32,493 nt of DNA. It comes from a bacterium. Its GTDB lineage: Bacteria; Hydrothermota; 32-111. The stretch spans positions 1 to 32,493 of the forward strand of contig JAWOBN010000094.1 of assembly GCA_046484245.1 (NCBI GenBank). Reading direction: 5' to 3'. The notes under the pieces are model-generated. The model did not search any database. It saw nothing but the letters and a program-made list of their open reading frames with translations, and had not been told where the DNA came from. The position numbers and the translations under genes were made by a program. This document shows, in pieces, positions 19,250-29,257 of the stretch; position 1 is the stretch's first letter, and every line of letters starts with the position of its first letter.

Positions 19250-20487
19250 GAGAGAAGGGGCTGCTGGCAGGTGTTTTCAAGAAGAATGCAGGTGAACGGT
19301 ATATTGAGAGGAGAATGGATGAACTGGGCAAACTTGCCGGTACAGCAGGTATTGATGTATTTGAGAGTATTGTGCAGAGACGTGATGAGATAGACCCTGC
19401 TTATTACATGGGGAAAGGCAAGGTTGAGGAAATAGAGCACCTTGCAGCAGAATACGGGATTGATGTGATTATTGTGAGTGTCCCGCTTGACCCTGTGCAG
19501 CTGCGCAATCTGGAAGCGGAGACCCGGAGGCGTATTATTGACAGGAATGAGCTTATTCTCATTATATTTGCCAAGAATGCACGGACCAATGTCTCCAAGG
19601 TTGAAGCTGAGCTTGCCCAGTACAGATATCTGCTGCCCAGACTGACAGGCAGGGGCATAGAGATGTCCAGAACAGGGGGCGGTATAGGCACAAGGGGACC
19701 GGGTGAGAAAAAACTGGAGACAGACAGGCGTAAGATAAGGCATCAGATTGACATACTGAAGAAGAAGCTCACTAAATACAAATCAGACCACAGGCAGCAG
19801 AGGAAGTCCAGAAGCAGTGTCTTCAATGTATCCCTTGTCGGATATACAAATGCGGGCAAGACAACACTGATGAATGCTCTTACTGGCAATGACTTCAATG
19901 TTGCAGACCAGCTCTTCACGACACTTGATACAACAACAAGGAAACTGAGAAAGGATATTGTCATTACCGATACAGTGGGGCTCCTGGGTGAACTGCCCCA
20001 TGAACTCATATCATCATTCCAATTGACACTCTCCGAGGCAGCAAATGCTGACCTTCAGCTCATAGTTGCCGATATATCATCACCCTACTGTGAGGAGCAG
20101 ATTGAGGAGGTGACAGAGACACTGTCCCAGCTGGAGGATGAAGATAACAAACCGGAGAGAATATTTGTATTCAACAAGACAGATATGCTTATCTCCGATT
20201 CACAGATGGAGTATTATTCAAAGAGGTTTGACCGGAGTGTCTTTGTCTCTGCAAAGGATAACAGGAATATTGACACATTGTTCAATATGATACTTGACAG
20301 ATTCTTTTCAAGATTTAATAATATAAAGATAACAGTGAAGAATGAGCATTACAGAATAATCAATTTCATATTGAATAATGCTTATATCAAGAATCAGGAA
20401 GTAAGAGAGAACAGTATCTATTTTGACTGTTATCTGAACAGCAGAGACCATTCAAAATTATTGAAAATGAACAAGGAGGCGGAGTGA
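19246..20487 (+). CDS. hflX: GTPase HflX
   Basis: GGAGG RBS and ATG 19246 (ATGA overlap); GKGKVEE, GGGIGTRGPGEKKLE, GYTNAGKT, DTVG, NKTD. Confidence 0.96.
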   Translation: MREKGLLAGVFKKNAGERYIERRMDELGKLAGTAGIDVFESIVQRRDEIDPAYYMGKGKVEEIEHLAAEYGIDVIIVSVPLDPVQLRNLEAETRRRIIDRNELILIIFAKNARTNVSKVEAELAQYRYLLPRLTGRGIEMSRTGGGIGTRGPGEKKLETDRRKIRHQIDILKKKLTKYKSDHRQQRKSRSSVFNVSLVGYTNAGKTTLMNALTGNDFNVADQLFTTLDTTTRKLRKDIVITDTVGLLGELPHELISSFQLTLSEAANADLQLIVADISSPYCEEQIEEVTETLSQLEDEDNKPERIFVFNKTDMLISDSQMEYYSKRFDRSVFVSAKDNRNIDTLFNMILDRFFSRFNNIKITVKNEHYRIINFILNNAYIKNQEVRENSIYFDCYLNSRDHSKLLKMNKEAE

Positions 20488-21317
20488 AACTCTTTATCAT
20501 CGGACTGGGCAAAGTGGGCAAGACCCTTCTCAGGGCTTATCTCACTGTTGAGAATACCACCATATATGTCTATGACAGGGACAGAACAAAGGTGCTCAAT
20601 GCTGCCGACAATAAGAGGGTCTTGCCCGTATATGAGATAGAGAAATGCGCTGAGGCGGACACTGTATTCATAACTGTCATTGACAAGAAAATTCTGTCTG
20701 CAATGGACAGCATATCCGAATCCGTAACAGGCAATATTGTTATCATGTCAGGCACAATAGGCATTGAGGATGCAGTTGCCCATATCAAGAACAAAAATAA
20801 TCTCATTATAATGCATCCTATTCAGACATTCATTGACAGTGAAGGCGGCAGGGAGCTGTTCAGGAATATCTACTTCTCTGTTGAATATACACAATCCGGG
20901 AAATTCTGTGACGAGTTCTGTGATGAATTTGACTGCCATTATATTATTGCAAGTGAGGAATTCAACAGAATACTGTATCATGCTGCCTGTCTGTTTGCCA
21001 GTAATTTCATTGTCATTATGGCAAAGACAGCTGATGAACTGCTCAGCAATGCTCATCTTACTGATGGTGATGACAGCCATGTACTGATCCCCATCATGGA
21101 GAAGACATTGGAGAATATAAAGAAAAAGGGTATAAAGAAATCGCTCACCGGGCCTGTGATGAGAGGTGACTGGAAGGTGATAGAAAAACATATCTCGCAG
21201 ATTGCTGACAGTGACACAGAGCAATTATACAGGATGCTGATAAAGAAGAATATTGAAATTGCCGCAGACCGGGATATAAGCGGTATTGATGAGATGGAGC
21301 GTATTATTGATGAATAA
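20484..21317 (+). CDS. Rossmann-like + DUF2520 protein (PanG-like putative ketopantoate reductase)
   Basis: GLGKVG, MHPIQTF, YHAAC.FASN, LTGPVMRGD...I..H; adjacent to coaX. Confidence 0.85.
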   Translation: MKLFIIGLGKVGKTLLRAYLTVENTTIYVYDRDRTKVLNAADNKRVLPVYEIEKCAEADTVFITVIDKKILSAMDSISESVTGNIVIMSGTIGIEDAVAHIKNKNNLIIMHPIQTFIDSEGGRELFRNIYFSVEYTQSGKFCDEFCDEFDCHYIIASEEFNRILYHAACLFASNFIVIMAKTADELLSNAHLTDGDDSHVLIPIMEKTLENIKKKGIKKSLTGPVMRGDWKVIEKHISQIADSDTEQLYRMLIKKNIEIAADRDISGIDEMERIIDE

Positions 21318-22023
21318 CAGAAGGGCTGTACTCAGTATAGGCAATACAAATGCATATCTCGGACTTTTCTCGGACAGGGGCAATGAATTCTACAGTGCTG
21401 AAAAAAAATATTTTGAATATGCTTCAAATCATTCATTCAACAATCTCTATGCTGTATCTGTCTCGCAGAGGCATTCAAGGGAGATTCTCCCTGAAGCTGA
21501 ACAGTACTTTGCTGAAATTGAAGTACTCACAAAGGATGAGAGCAGATTATCAACCAAGTACTCTGTTGAAGATATGGGCATAGACAGATTCATGAATATA
21601 TACTATATTCAGAGGAATGAGATTTATCCCTCACTTATCATAGATGCAGGCACTGCAGACACATTTGATTTCATAGATTCAGACGGTATGCATTTGGGCG
21701 GCATGATTATACCCGGGACATCTGCAATGAACAGTGCCCTCTCGTACAAGACAGAGATACCGCCGGTTGATATTACAGCTGACATTGATGTGATGGGGAC
21801 AGATACACGCAGTGCTGTCTCATCGGGGATTTACTCACTGTGGATCAACGGGTTATTATACTTTATTGAACTGGCGGGGAAGACACTCGGCAGTCCCGAA
21901 ATAATTGTAACAGGAGGCAATGGTGCCTCAATAAAGGAAATGATTCAGGAGACACAGTTCATCCCACATCTCACACTAAAGGGTATAAACAGGTATGCGG
22001 AAGATATTTACTGCAGTGAGTGA
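21310..22023 (+). CDS. coaX: Type III pantothenate kinase
   Basis: (S)IGNT, GIDR, IDAGTA, GGMIIPG, T..A..SG, TGG motifs. Confidence 0.88.
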   Translation: MNNRRAVLSIGNTNAYLGLFSDRGNEFYSAEKKYFEYASNHSFNNLYAVSVSQRHSREILPEAEQYFAEIEVLTKDESRLSTKYSVEDMGIDRFMNIYYIQRNEIYPSLIIDAGTADTFDFIDSDGMHLGGMIIPGTSAMNSALSYKTEIPPVDITADIDVMGTDTRSAVSSGIYSLWINGLLYFIELAGKTLGSPEIIVTGGNGASIKEMIQETQFIPHLTLKGINRYAEDIYCSE

Positions 22024-22411
22024 AAGTGAATTGATTGAACCTGCCCGGTTTATTCTCAGTAATGTCAAGGCAGAGATATTCCTTCTGCGCGGCACACTGG
22101 GCTCAGGCAAGACAGCTTTTGTCAGGCAATTTGCCTCACTGTTTGATATTACGGGTGTTACAAGTCCGTCATTTACAATAATCAACAATTATTCCGGCAG
22201 TAATATAACTATAGTCCATATAGATCTCTACAGGATATCGGAGAATGAACGGGCGGAGTCACTGCACTTTGAGGAGCTTGTTGAAACTGCTGACTATACA
22301 TTCATAGAATGGCCCGGTTCCAGAGGGGATGAATTGAAGAACATATACAGTGTCGGTGAATTGGAATTTGAATATCTGGAAAACGGCAGAAGGATCACGG
22401 TGATATATTGA
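21995..22411 (+). CDS. tsaE: tRNA threonylcarbamoyladenosine biosynthesis ATPase TsaE
   Basis: GTLGSGKT, VTSPSF, HIDLYR, IEWP. Confidence 0.95.
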   Translation: MRKIFTAVSESELIEPARFILSNVKAEIFLLRGTLGSGKTAFVRQFASLFDITGVTSPSFTIINNYSGSNITIVHIDLYRISENERAESLHFEELVETADYTFIEWPGSRGDELKNIYSVGELEFEYLENGRRITVIY

Positions 22412-22413
22412 TA

Positions 22414-22974
22414 ATGGTAATATCCTCAATAACAGGCCAATGCTCTGTTCTCATTGAAAGAGACGGTGAGCAGTATTTTGAGAAAGCGGAGAATATAGAT
22501 ATTCTCAAATGGCTCCCTGTTACAACCGGGAAGATGATTAAGAATAATAATATTGAAATCAATGATGTGGAAACTATTATACTGTCATCAGGTCCGGGCT
22601 ACTATACAGGCACACGGCTCGGGATAACCTTTGCCAAGGGTATTGCATGCGGGTCCAATGCACCGCCTATTGTCTATCTTGATTCACTTGAGGTTCTTGC
22701 TGATTCTGTGGAAGAGGAGGGGCTGATTGTACCACTGCTCAGAGCAAGAAAGAATGAGTTTCACTACTCTGTTTTCTCAAGAAAGGAAGGGGAATTGAAG
22801 CGCCTTTCCGGCAACAGTATCATTAAAAAAGACGGACTCAAACACATAAGGGCTTATGTGCTCGGAGAGGGACTGAACTACTGCAGGGAATTTTTGGAGA
22901 ATGCCTCTGTTATTGAAAAACTCTACTGTGATGCATATGATCTCCGTAATTACTATATGAGGAATATGGCATGA
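22414..22974 (+). CDS. tsaB: t6A biosynthesis protein TsaB (divergent)
   Basis: GPGYYTGTRLG resembles GPGSFTGLRIG; AKGIA, SLEVLA, ARKNE; follows tsaE. Confidence 0.85.
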   Translation: MVISSITGQCSVLIERDGEQYFEKAENIDILKWLPVTTGKMIKNNNIEINDVETIILSSGPGYYTGTRLGITFAKGIACGSNAPPIVYLDSLEVLADSVEEEGLIVPLLRARKNEFHYSVFSRKEGELKRLSGNSIIKKDGLKHIRAYVLGEGLNYCREFLENASVIEKLYCDAYDLRNYYMRNMA

Positions 22975-23636
22975 GAGAGAGTACTGTTATTATTATCCCG
23001 GCATACAATGAGGGCCGTCATATGGTGCAGCTCCTGAGAAGCATAAGAGCGCATTCGGGCCTGCCTGTCTGTGTTGTTGATGACGGTTCTGCTGATAATA
23101 CGGGGCTCATAGCAGGCCAATATGCAGATACAGTGATAAGACACAGTGTCAATATGGGCAAAGGCCGTTCACTGATGGACGGCTTGAGAAAGATGAGCAG
23201 CAGATACAGGTATGCTGTGCTTATGGATGCTGACGGGCAGCACAGACCGGAGGATATTGAGCATTTCACTGACAAGAGCAATTATTCCCATGATATCATT
23301 ATCGGCAATAGGGACATGGCTCTGCACAATATGCCCATTGAAAGATACCTGACAAATAAAGTAACAACACTGGTGACATCACTGCTTGCAGGGAGAAAAA
23401 CATTTGATTCCCAGTCCGGCTTCAGAATGGTCAATATAGAGAAAATACTGCAAGTCCCCATCAAGACATTCCGCTTCCAGATGGAATCGGAGATGCTTAT
23501 CAATGCAGGCAGGATGGGGTATTCCATATCCTCAGTGACAGTGAGGACAATATACGGGGATGAGATTTCCAAGATCAATCCTGTAATAGATACATTGAGA
23601 TTCATAAAAATGGCATTGGAGACATTATGGCGATGA
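22971..23636 (+). CDS. GT2 glycosyltransferase (DPM1-like)
   Basis: IIPAYNE, VDDGSAD, NMGKG, DADGQH, DSQSGFR. Confidence 0.92.
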   Translation: MRESTVIIIPAYNEGRHMVQLLRSIRAHSGLPVCVVDDGSADNTGLIAGQYADTVIRHSVNMGKGRSLMDGLRKMSSRYRYAVLMDADGQHRPEDIEHFTDKSNYSHDIIIGNRDMALHNMPIERYLTNKVTTLVTSLLAGRKTFDSQSGFRMVNIEKILQVPIKTFRFQMESEMLINAGRMGYSISSVTVRTIYGDEISKINPVIDTLRFIKMALETLWR

Positions 23637-24373
23637 ATATTCTTCTTTCAAATGATGACGGTATCCGGGCTGAGGGCCTGAGGGTATTAAAGGGTATTGT
23701 GGAGAGAATGGGGCATACTGTATTCACTGTTGCCCCCAACCGCAATCAGAGTGCAACGAGTCATTCACTGACATTGACAAGCCCCTTGAGGATTGAACAG
23801 GTCGGAAAGAATGAATGGGCAACAACAGGTACACCGACTGACTGTGTGCTTATTGCCACTCATGGTCTCATAGACAAGCAGATGGACCTTGTTATATCCG
23901 GCATCAATCACGGCCCCAATATGGGTGAGGATGTTCTTTACTCAGGCACTGTGGCTGCTGCAATGGAGGGCCTTATGATGGGCATTCCCTCCATATCAAT
24001 ATCCATGGCATCGTACTTTGAAACGGATTTTTCCGCTGCAGAGAGTATAATTCACAAATTGATGGATTATATATTGGAGATAGAGAGGAAGAAAATACTG
24101 CTCAATGTCAATTTCCCGGCATTGCCTTACAGTGAGATAAGGGGGTTTGAGATAACGGAACTGGGAAGCAGGATATACTCGGACAGCCTTATTGAGAAGA
24201 CAGACCCCAGAGGCAAGAAGTATTACTGGATAGGCGGCAGTGAACCGAAATATCAGAGAAAAGAGGGAACTGATTTTGAAGCAGTGAGGAATAACAAGGT
24301 ATCAGTAACACCAATAAAGACAGACATAACAGACAGGGATATACTCAAGACCCTGAAGGAGATAGAATTATAA
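23627..24373 (+). CDS. surE: 5'/3'-nucleotidase SurE
   Basis: LSNDDG, GTPTDCV, SGINHGPN, YSGTVAAAMEG. Confidence 0.98.
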   Translation: MAMNILLSNDDGIRAEGLRVLKGIVERMGHTVFTVAPNRNQSATSHSLTLTSPLRIEQVGKNEWATTGTPTDCVLIATHGLIDKQMDLVISGINHGPNMGEDVLYSGTVAAAMEGLMMGIPSISISMASYFETDFSAAESIIHKLMDYILEIERKKILLNVNFPALPYSEIRGFEITELGSRIYSDSLIEKTDPRGKKYYWIGGSEPKYQRKEGTDFEAVRNNKVSVTPIKTDITDRDILKTLKEIEL

Positions 24374-25014
24374 TGTATTATGCAAGACAGAGAGAGGAAA
24401 TGGTTGAAAATCAATTGAAGCGCCGCGGTATAACGGATAAGAGGGTGCTCAGGGCATTTGAGGAAGTAAAGCGCGAACTCTTTGTGCCTGCCAATCTCAA
24501 GTCAATGGCATACAGGGATCAGCCCCTGCCAATAGGATACTCCCAGACAATATCCCAGCCCTATATTGTTGCAAAAATGACACAGATGCTGGAGGTGGAA
24601 GAGGACTCCAAGATACTGGAGATAGGCACAGGCTCGGGATATCAGGCAGCAATACTCTCCAATCTCGGTTCCAGGGTATATACAATGGAAAGAATCGGTG
24701 AATTGAGGAAGAAAGCAAAGGAGAATCTCAATAAACACAATATAAAGAATGTTCAGGTTGTGCAGGGTGACGGGACAATAGGCCTTTCGCAGTATGAACC
24801 CTTTGACAGGATCATAGTTACTGCTGCAAGTCCGGCTGTACCGGATATACTTATTGACCAATTGGCAAATAATGGTATAATGGTCATACCTGTAGGCAAT
24901 ATTAATTCGCAGTATCTCCTGAAATTGGTGAAGAAGGATGATGAAATCATTAAACAGGAGTATGATGCCTGCAGATTCGTCCCTCTTGTGGGACGGTTTG
25001 GTTTTAAAGAATAG
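24373..25014 (+). CDS. pcm: Protein-L-isoaspartate O-methyltransferase
   Basis: QTISQPY, LEIGTGSGYQAA, PFDRIIVTAA, FVPL; conserved surE-pcm pair. Confidence 0.98.
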   Translation: MYYARQREEMVENQLKRRGITDKRVLRAFEEVKRELFVPANLKSMAYRDQPLPIGYSQTISQPYIVAKMTQMLEVEEDSKILEIGTGSGYQAAILSNLGSRVYTMERIGELRKKAKENLNKHNIKNVQVVQGDGTIGLSQYEPFDRIIVTAASPAVPDILIDQLANNGIMVIPVGNINSQYLLKLVKKDDEIIKQEYDACRFVPLVGRFGFKE

Positions 25015-25015
25015 T

Positions 25016-25089
<74 letters not shown>

Positions 25090-25110
25090 TTTTTATCTGA
25101 GTGAGGAGAA

Positions 25111-26835
25111 ATGAAGAGAATACTGCCTGTAATTGCCATACTCATATACCTGTCAATCTTCCCCGATATAGGGGTTAAACGTCTTTCTAATGCATATTAT
25201 TACCATCAGAAGCATAATGAGCCGTATGATTATATAGGTGTAATCCTCAAAATAGATATTAGAGCCAACAATCAATATATTGAAAACATTACAAAAGAGT
25301 TAGAATCGCTGGCACGCAGCGAAAGTGCTGATCTGCATCATGATGAGGGCTTGTTCCATGCAGTGTATCATTTCCATACAGGTGCAGGTAATTCCCAGTC
25401 AATGCTCAGTAATATCATGGCTGTTCTGACAGGCAGGCAGTTCAAAGCAGGGCAATTCAACAGAATTCAGACAGACAGTGAAGTGCCCGGAGAACTCCAT
25501 ATTGCTGTCAAATCATCACTGGATGCAGGAGATTTCCTGCCCATAGTGGAATCCGTAAGGGGGAGTAATCCTGAGATTGATTATCATGCTGTTACAGGTG
25601 TATTCAATGGACCGGAGGACATATATCACTATGATATCACACAGAAGGACAGATATGCATTGCCGGAGATCATTATGCTGGACAGTTACAGTGAATTATC
25701 CGTTATGTGGATGCCGGGAAGATTTGTATTAATAGCGCCTGACACTGTCACTGAACCGGACAGAGATGCATTTGAGTCATTGAAGCGGAATGCAGCTGAC
25801 AGGATGGATATATCCGCAAATGACCTGGAATATCTCTTCATGCATTATCCCTATATTGCACTGAGCAACAATATACCGGGTGTCAATGGCATTGTAAAGC
25901 GTATAAGGCAGATGAAACAGCCGGTTTTCGCACAATTCGTATCCGGCCTGAAACCGTCATTCAGAATAAAATCCTTTCTTGACAATGAGAATGAGCCCCA
26001 TATAGAGACAGTTCGGCTGGATAATGGCATGACACTGCTATATATGCCTTCAACAGGACCCAGGACAGAGATATCAGTGATGATAGAGAATATAAGGGCA
26101 AATGAACAGTACTATTCCAAGGAATATGCAGGTGCTCTTTTAATGGAGCAGCTGGGAGATTATATTGAGGGATGGAAATACTGGGATGTGCCTACTCTGA
26201 GTGATTACAGGATATTCTCAACAAAAACGGGGAATAATGATGCAGGCGAAGTGCTGCAGTCATTCCTGGATAAATGTGATTCATTCACTCCCGGGCAATT
26301 CTTACAGCCTGATATCAGTCAGATAATGTCTGAGCAGAGCAAATTGAGGGAATTGCTGCCATTCTTTGAGAGGGATGATTCAATGGATGCCCTATATCTC
26401 ACAGACGGGGAGAGAAATATTCTCAAAAATAAGATACTCAGTCCCGAAAATTTCACTATTGCTGTCAAGACCGGTATCAGTATTGACACTGTAGCCGGAT
26501 TACTGGAGAAAGCCCCGGAGTCAGGGGACATAAACAGACTTGAAACTGCAGTTTACCCTCCTTCACAGATAAAGAGTAATATTGATTTTACAAGTAACAG
26601 CAGAATTGAATCAATGCCTGCAATACTCAGGGGATTCTTCATCTATCCATCCAAGGTTCTGATACTGAGAAATATATCCGTGATATCATCCGATATGCTC
26701 CTTACAGGCAGCCAGTACAGCAGGTATGTGTATTCCGGTATTGCTGATAATTATGCACTCACTGTTCTGATGGTGCTGTCTCATTACACAGATACCCCGT
26801 TTACCCGTTTCTTTGATACCTATATGGCACAATAG
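25111..26835 (+). CDS. Secreted hypothetical protein with a degenerate M16 (insulinase-like) peptidase fold
   Basis: GAGGAG RBS, signal-peptide-like N-terminus; internal ETVRLDNGMTLLY resembles the M16 half-start motif; ILSPENFTIAV resembles the M16 y.p.n..l.vvG motif; no HxxEH seen. Confidence 0.6.
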   Translation: MKRILPVIAILIYLSIFPDIGVKRLSNAYYYHQKHNEPYDYIGVILKIDIRANNQYIENITKELESLARSESADLHHDEGLFHAVYHFHTGAGNSQSMLSNIMAVLTGRQFKAGQFNRIQTDSEVPGELHIAVKSSLDAGDFLPIVESVRGSNPEIDYHAVTGVFNGPEDIYHYDITQKDRYALPEIIMLDSYSELSVMWMPGRFVLIAPDTVTEPDRDAFESLKRNAADRMDISANDLEYLFMHYPYIALSNNIPGVNGIVKRIRQMKQPVFAQFVSGLKPSFRIKSFLDNENEPHIETVRLDNGMTLLYMPSTGPRTEISVMIENIRANEQYYSKEYAGALLMEQLGDYIEGWKYWDVPTLSDYRIFSTKTGNNDAGEVLQSFLDKCDSFTPGQFLQPDISQIMSEQSKLRELLPFFERDDSMDALYLTDGERNILKNKILSPENFTIAVKTGISIDTVAGLLEKAPESGDINRLETAVYPPSQIKSNIDFTSNSRIESMPAILRGFFIYPSKVLILRNISVISSDMLLTGSQYSRYVYSGIADNYALTVLMVLSHYTDTPFTRFFDTYMAQ

Positions 26836-26943
26836 AAGTCAGTATATTAGCTTATAGTTTCCCATTGAACCTGCCTCATCCCACATCAGCCTCTCTCAAC
26901 CACATATCTAATCCGGAGTATTGCAATTCCCGTAATCTTCCTG

Positions 26944-27412
26944 CCAAATCCCAAGTACAGTAGTTGAAAACGTTGACATTTCAAATTCTTCTCCAAGAGA
27001 GCCGGTAAAAAGAGATACAGAATAAAAGATAGATGGCTTCTCAATGGACGAAGTGTGAAATATTAGAGAGCGAACCGTAAAACAGCTGCAGACACATCTA
27101 AACCCTGTTATTTACGCAATTACATAACATTTTGTCCAATTCCCAGGGACGGAGGTTGCAATTTGCACAAATTGACAAAAATATAATTTTGTAAGTGGAT
27201 AATTAGCATCATTTAAATAGATCATGTGTGTAAGTTGATAAATAGCAGGCCAGAAATTGCTTAAATTGCAAGGACCGTCCCTGGGATTTGGAGGGTAGTT
27301 TTGACAAAATAAGGGGAAAAGGACAGATGGTGAAATTAGATTTATCAATAATATTTTGGTGCATTTAGCACAAATAATGTCAATGTTTTCAAGTACTGTA
27401 CTTGGGATTTGG
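26944..27412. mobile_element. Non-coding MITE/REPIN-like element bounded by 37-bp inverted repeats
   Basis: ccaaatcccaagtacagtagttgaaaacgttgacatt (26944-26980) vs the reverse complement of 27376-27412: 35/37 identical; no credible CDS inside; no obvious target-site duplication. Confidence 0.6.
27135..27292. repeat. Inner 30-bp inverted repeat pair nested in the element above
   Basis: tccaattcccagggacggaggttgcaattt (27135-27164) vs the reverse complement of 27263-27292 (tccaaatcccagggacggtccttgcaattt): 26/30 identical. Confidence 0.8.
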
Positions 27413-27541
27413 ATTCAGTTCTGGGGATTATTTGCATTGTAAAATGCTTGAATTAGCTCACTTTATTATATATAAGTCAGGACTGCATTGTAGGGAAGTC
27501 AGGAAGAACCTTACTGTTAAATTCTATTTTATCAATAAGCA

Positions 27542-28276
27542 CTATGAAGTGAAATGGGTGTTTATCTGTTTGATAATTGACTGTATCTCACTGCCTACTG
27601 ATTCAACGACCTTATTATAGTACTGCTCCGCCTTACCGGGACTGAAATCAGGTTCACTGATTTTCTCATCATAATCAATAATAGGTCCCGGAACAGGAAC
27701 AGAGTCAATAGAACTGTCCCTCCTGTAATGCAGGGAACGGGTGTAATTATCCGGACTCACAGATTCGGGAGCAATATGAATCATCATGGCTGTTTCATCC
27801 ACACCCGAATGACCGCCCGGCCTTGAATATATCTCCTCAGTTATCGGGGAGGCAAATTGCCACCAGTGCACAATAATAACAAACATGCCTGTCTCTCTGT
27901 AAATAGCGTGTTTTACCCTGTTCAGAACACTGTTATTGCCGCCATGTCCATTGAGAATAATAAAAAACCTGTAATTATCCTTTACCAAAGAAAGCGCGAT
28001 ATTGAAAACAGTGCTGTATAATGCTTCCTCTGTAATATCTATTGAACCGGGATAGGGCAGCAGTGTGGATGTCACACCGTAATATACAGTAGGCAGTATG
28101 AGGGCATTGACGAAAGGAGCAATGTCATTTGCCATACTGCGCGGAATCTCACTGTCTGTACCCACAGGCCCGGCTCCATGTGCCTCCATAGTCCCTACAG
28201 GCAGGATAATACTGTCAATCTTATCCCTTGATTCCTTTACCTCTTTCCAGTTCATATGTGATATCCTTCTCTCCAT
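27542..28276 (-). CDS. Creatininase/mycofactocin-peptidase family amidohydrolase
   Basis: PVGTMEAHG, GTD, NGHGGN, GGHSGVDET; likely start ATG 28276 after a GGGGG RBS. Confidence 0.92.
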   Translation of the reverse strand: MERRISHMNWKEVKESRDKIDSIILPVGTMEAHGAGPVGTDSEIPRSMANDIAPFVNALILPTVYYGVTSTLLPYPGSIDITEEALYSTVFNIALSLVKDNYRFFIILNGHGGNNSVLNRVKHAIYRETGMFVIIVHWWQFASPITEEIYSRPGGHSGVDETAMMIHIAPESVSPDNYTRSLHYRRDSSIDSVPVPGPIIDYDEKISEPDFSPGKAEQYYNKVVESVGSEIQSIIKQINTHFTS

Positions 28277-28284
28277 TTTACCCC

Positions 28285-29256
28285 CTATTCCAGATAGGAA
28301 TGTTTGTTGTTCCACAGATCCTGATGCTGCTCATACCATCTGTATGTCTCCTCCAGACCTTCTCTCAATGTGTATTGCGGTTCATATCCGAGCAATTTGC
28401 CTGCCAGTGATATGTCAGCCAGCAGGTGCTCAACCTCTGATGAAGATGGTCTGACACGGTCAGGGTCATGTTTTACAGTCAGCTGACTTCCTTTGATAAG
28501 CCCCACTGCCTTAATAATGTCATCTACTGAATGCATTGCACCTGAGCCTATGTTGATTGTCCTGCCTATTGCATCACTGTTTAATATGGTCTTTGCAATA
28601 CCGTCTGCTGTATCATTGATATAATTAAAGTCCCTTTTCACATCAGTTCTCCCCAGTTCAATAGTATTGCCTCTCAGTGCCTGGAGTATGACTGTCGGTA
28701 TTATTGCTCTGAGTGACTGCCCGGGACCGTATGTATTGAATGGCCTCAGTACAGTAACAGGTGTGTCAAAGGAGTAATAATAGCTCATTGCAAGTGCTTC
28801 AGCTGAAACCTTTGTTGCAGCATAGGGGGACTGCGGTTTTAGTGCATATTCCTCCTTGAGGGGGATATTGGTGTTTGTTCCGTAAACCTCACTGGATGAT
28901 ACCACTATCACATGTCTGACATCATTCTTGCGTGCAGCCATCAGTATATTGAATGTTCCTTCAATATTGCTCCTTATGTATGAAAGCGGCGCATTGTACG
29001 AATACGGAATACCGATGAGTGATGCAAGATGAATAATACAGTCGCTCTTCTCTGTCATTTCCTCAATCATGTGATAATCCGTTATATCACCGAAATGCGT
29101 GTTTATATTATCTGCTGACTTCAGATATTCAAGCATGCCCCTGTCATGTCTGGAATTATACCGCACAAGAGCATCAATACTGTATCTGCCTGACAACAAT
29201 TCAGTCAGATGACTCCCTATGAAACCCCCTGCACCTGTTATAAAAATATTCTTCAC
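28285..29256 (-). CDS. NAD-dependent NDP-sugar 4,6-dehydratase/epimerase (LegB-like extended SDR)
   Basis: AGGAGG RBS then GTG at 29256; TGAGGFIGSHL, HLASLIGIPYSY, SSSEVYG, YAATK, RPFNTYGP. Confidence 0.9.
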   Translation of the reverse strand: MKNIFITGAGGFIGSHLTELLSGRYSIDALVRYNSRHDRGMLEYLKSADNINTHFGDITDYHMIEEMTEKSDCIIHLASLIGIPYSYNAPLSYIRSNIEGTFNILMAARKNDVRHVIVVSSSEVYGTNTNIPLKEEYALKPQSPYAATKVSAEALAMSYYYSFDTPVTVLRPFNTYGPGQSLRAIIPTVILQALRGNTIELGRTDVKRDFNYINDTADGIAKTILNSDAIGRTINIGSGAMHSVDDIIKAVGLIKGSQLTVKHDPDRVRPSSSEVEHLLADISLAGKLLGYEPQYTLREGLEETYRWYEQHQDLWNNKHSYLE

Positions 29257-29257
29257 T

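Noticed and set aside
18571..19743. 390-aa minus-strand ORF and the many shorter antisense ORFs inside the operon
   Set aside because: Shadow ORFs opposite well-supported genes (COG2426, hflX and others), with no motifs of their own.
26836..27502. AAGTCAG at 26836, 27474 and 27496 as a target-site duplication
   Set aside because: Only 7 bp and not adjacent to the inverted-repeat ends; compatible with chance.
27112..27620. Short ORFs at 27112-27348 (-) and 27402-27620 (+) as transposase remnants
   Set aside because: No DDE or HUH motifs and no RBS; they cross the repeat boundaries.
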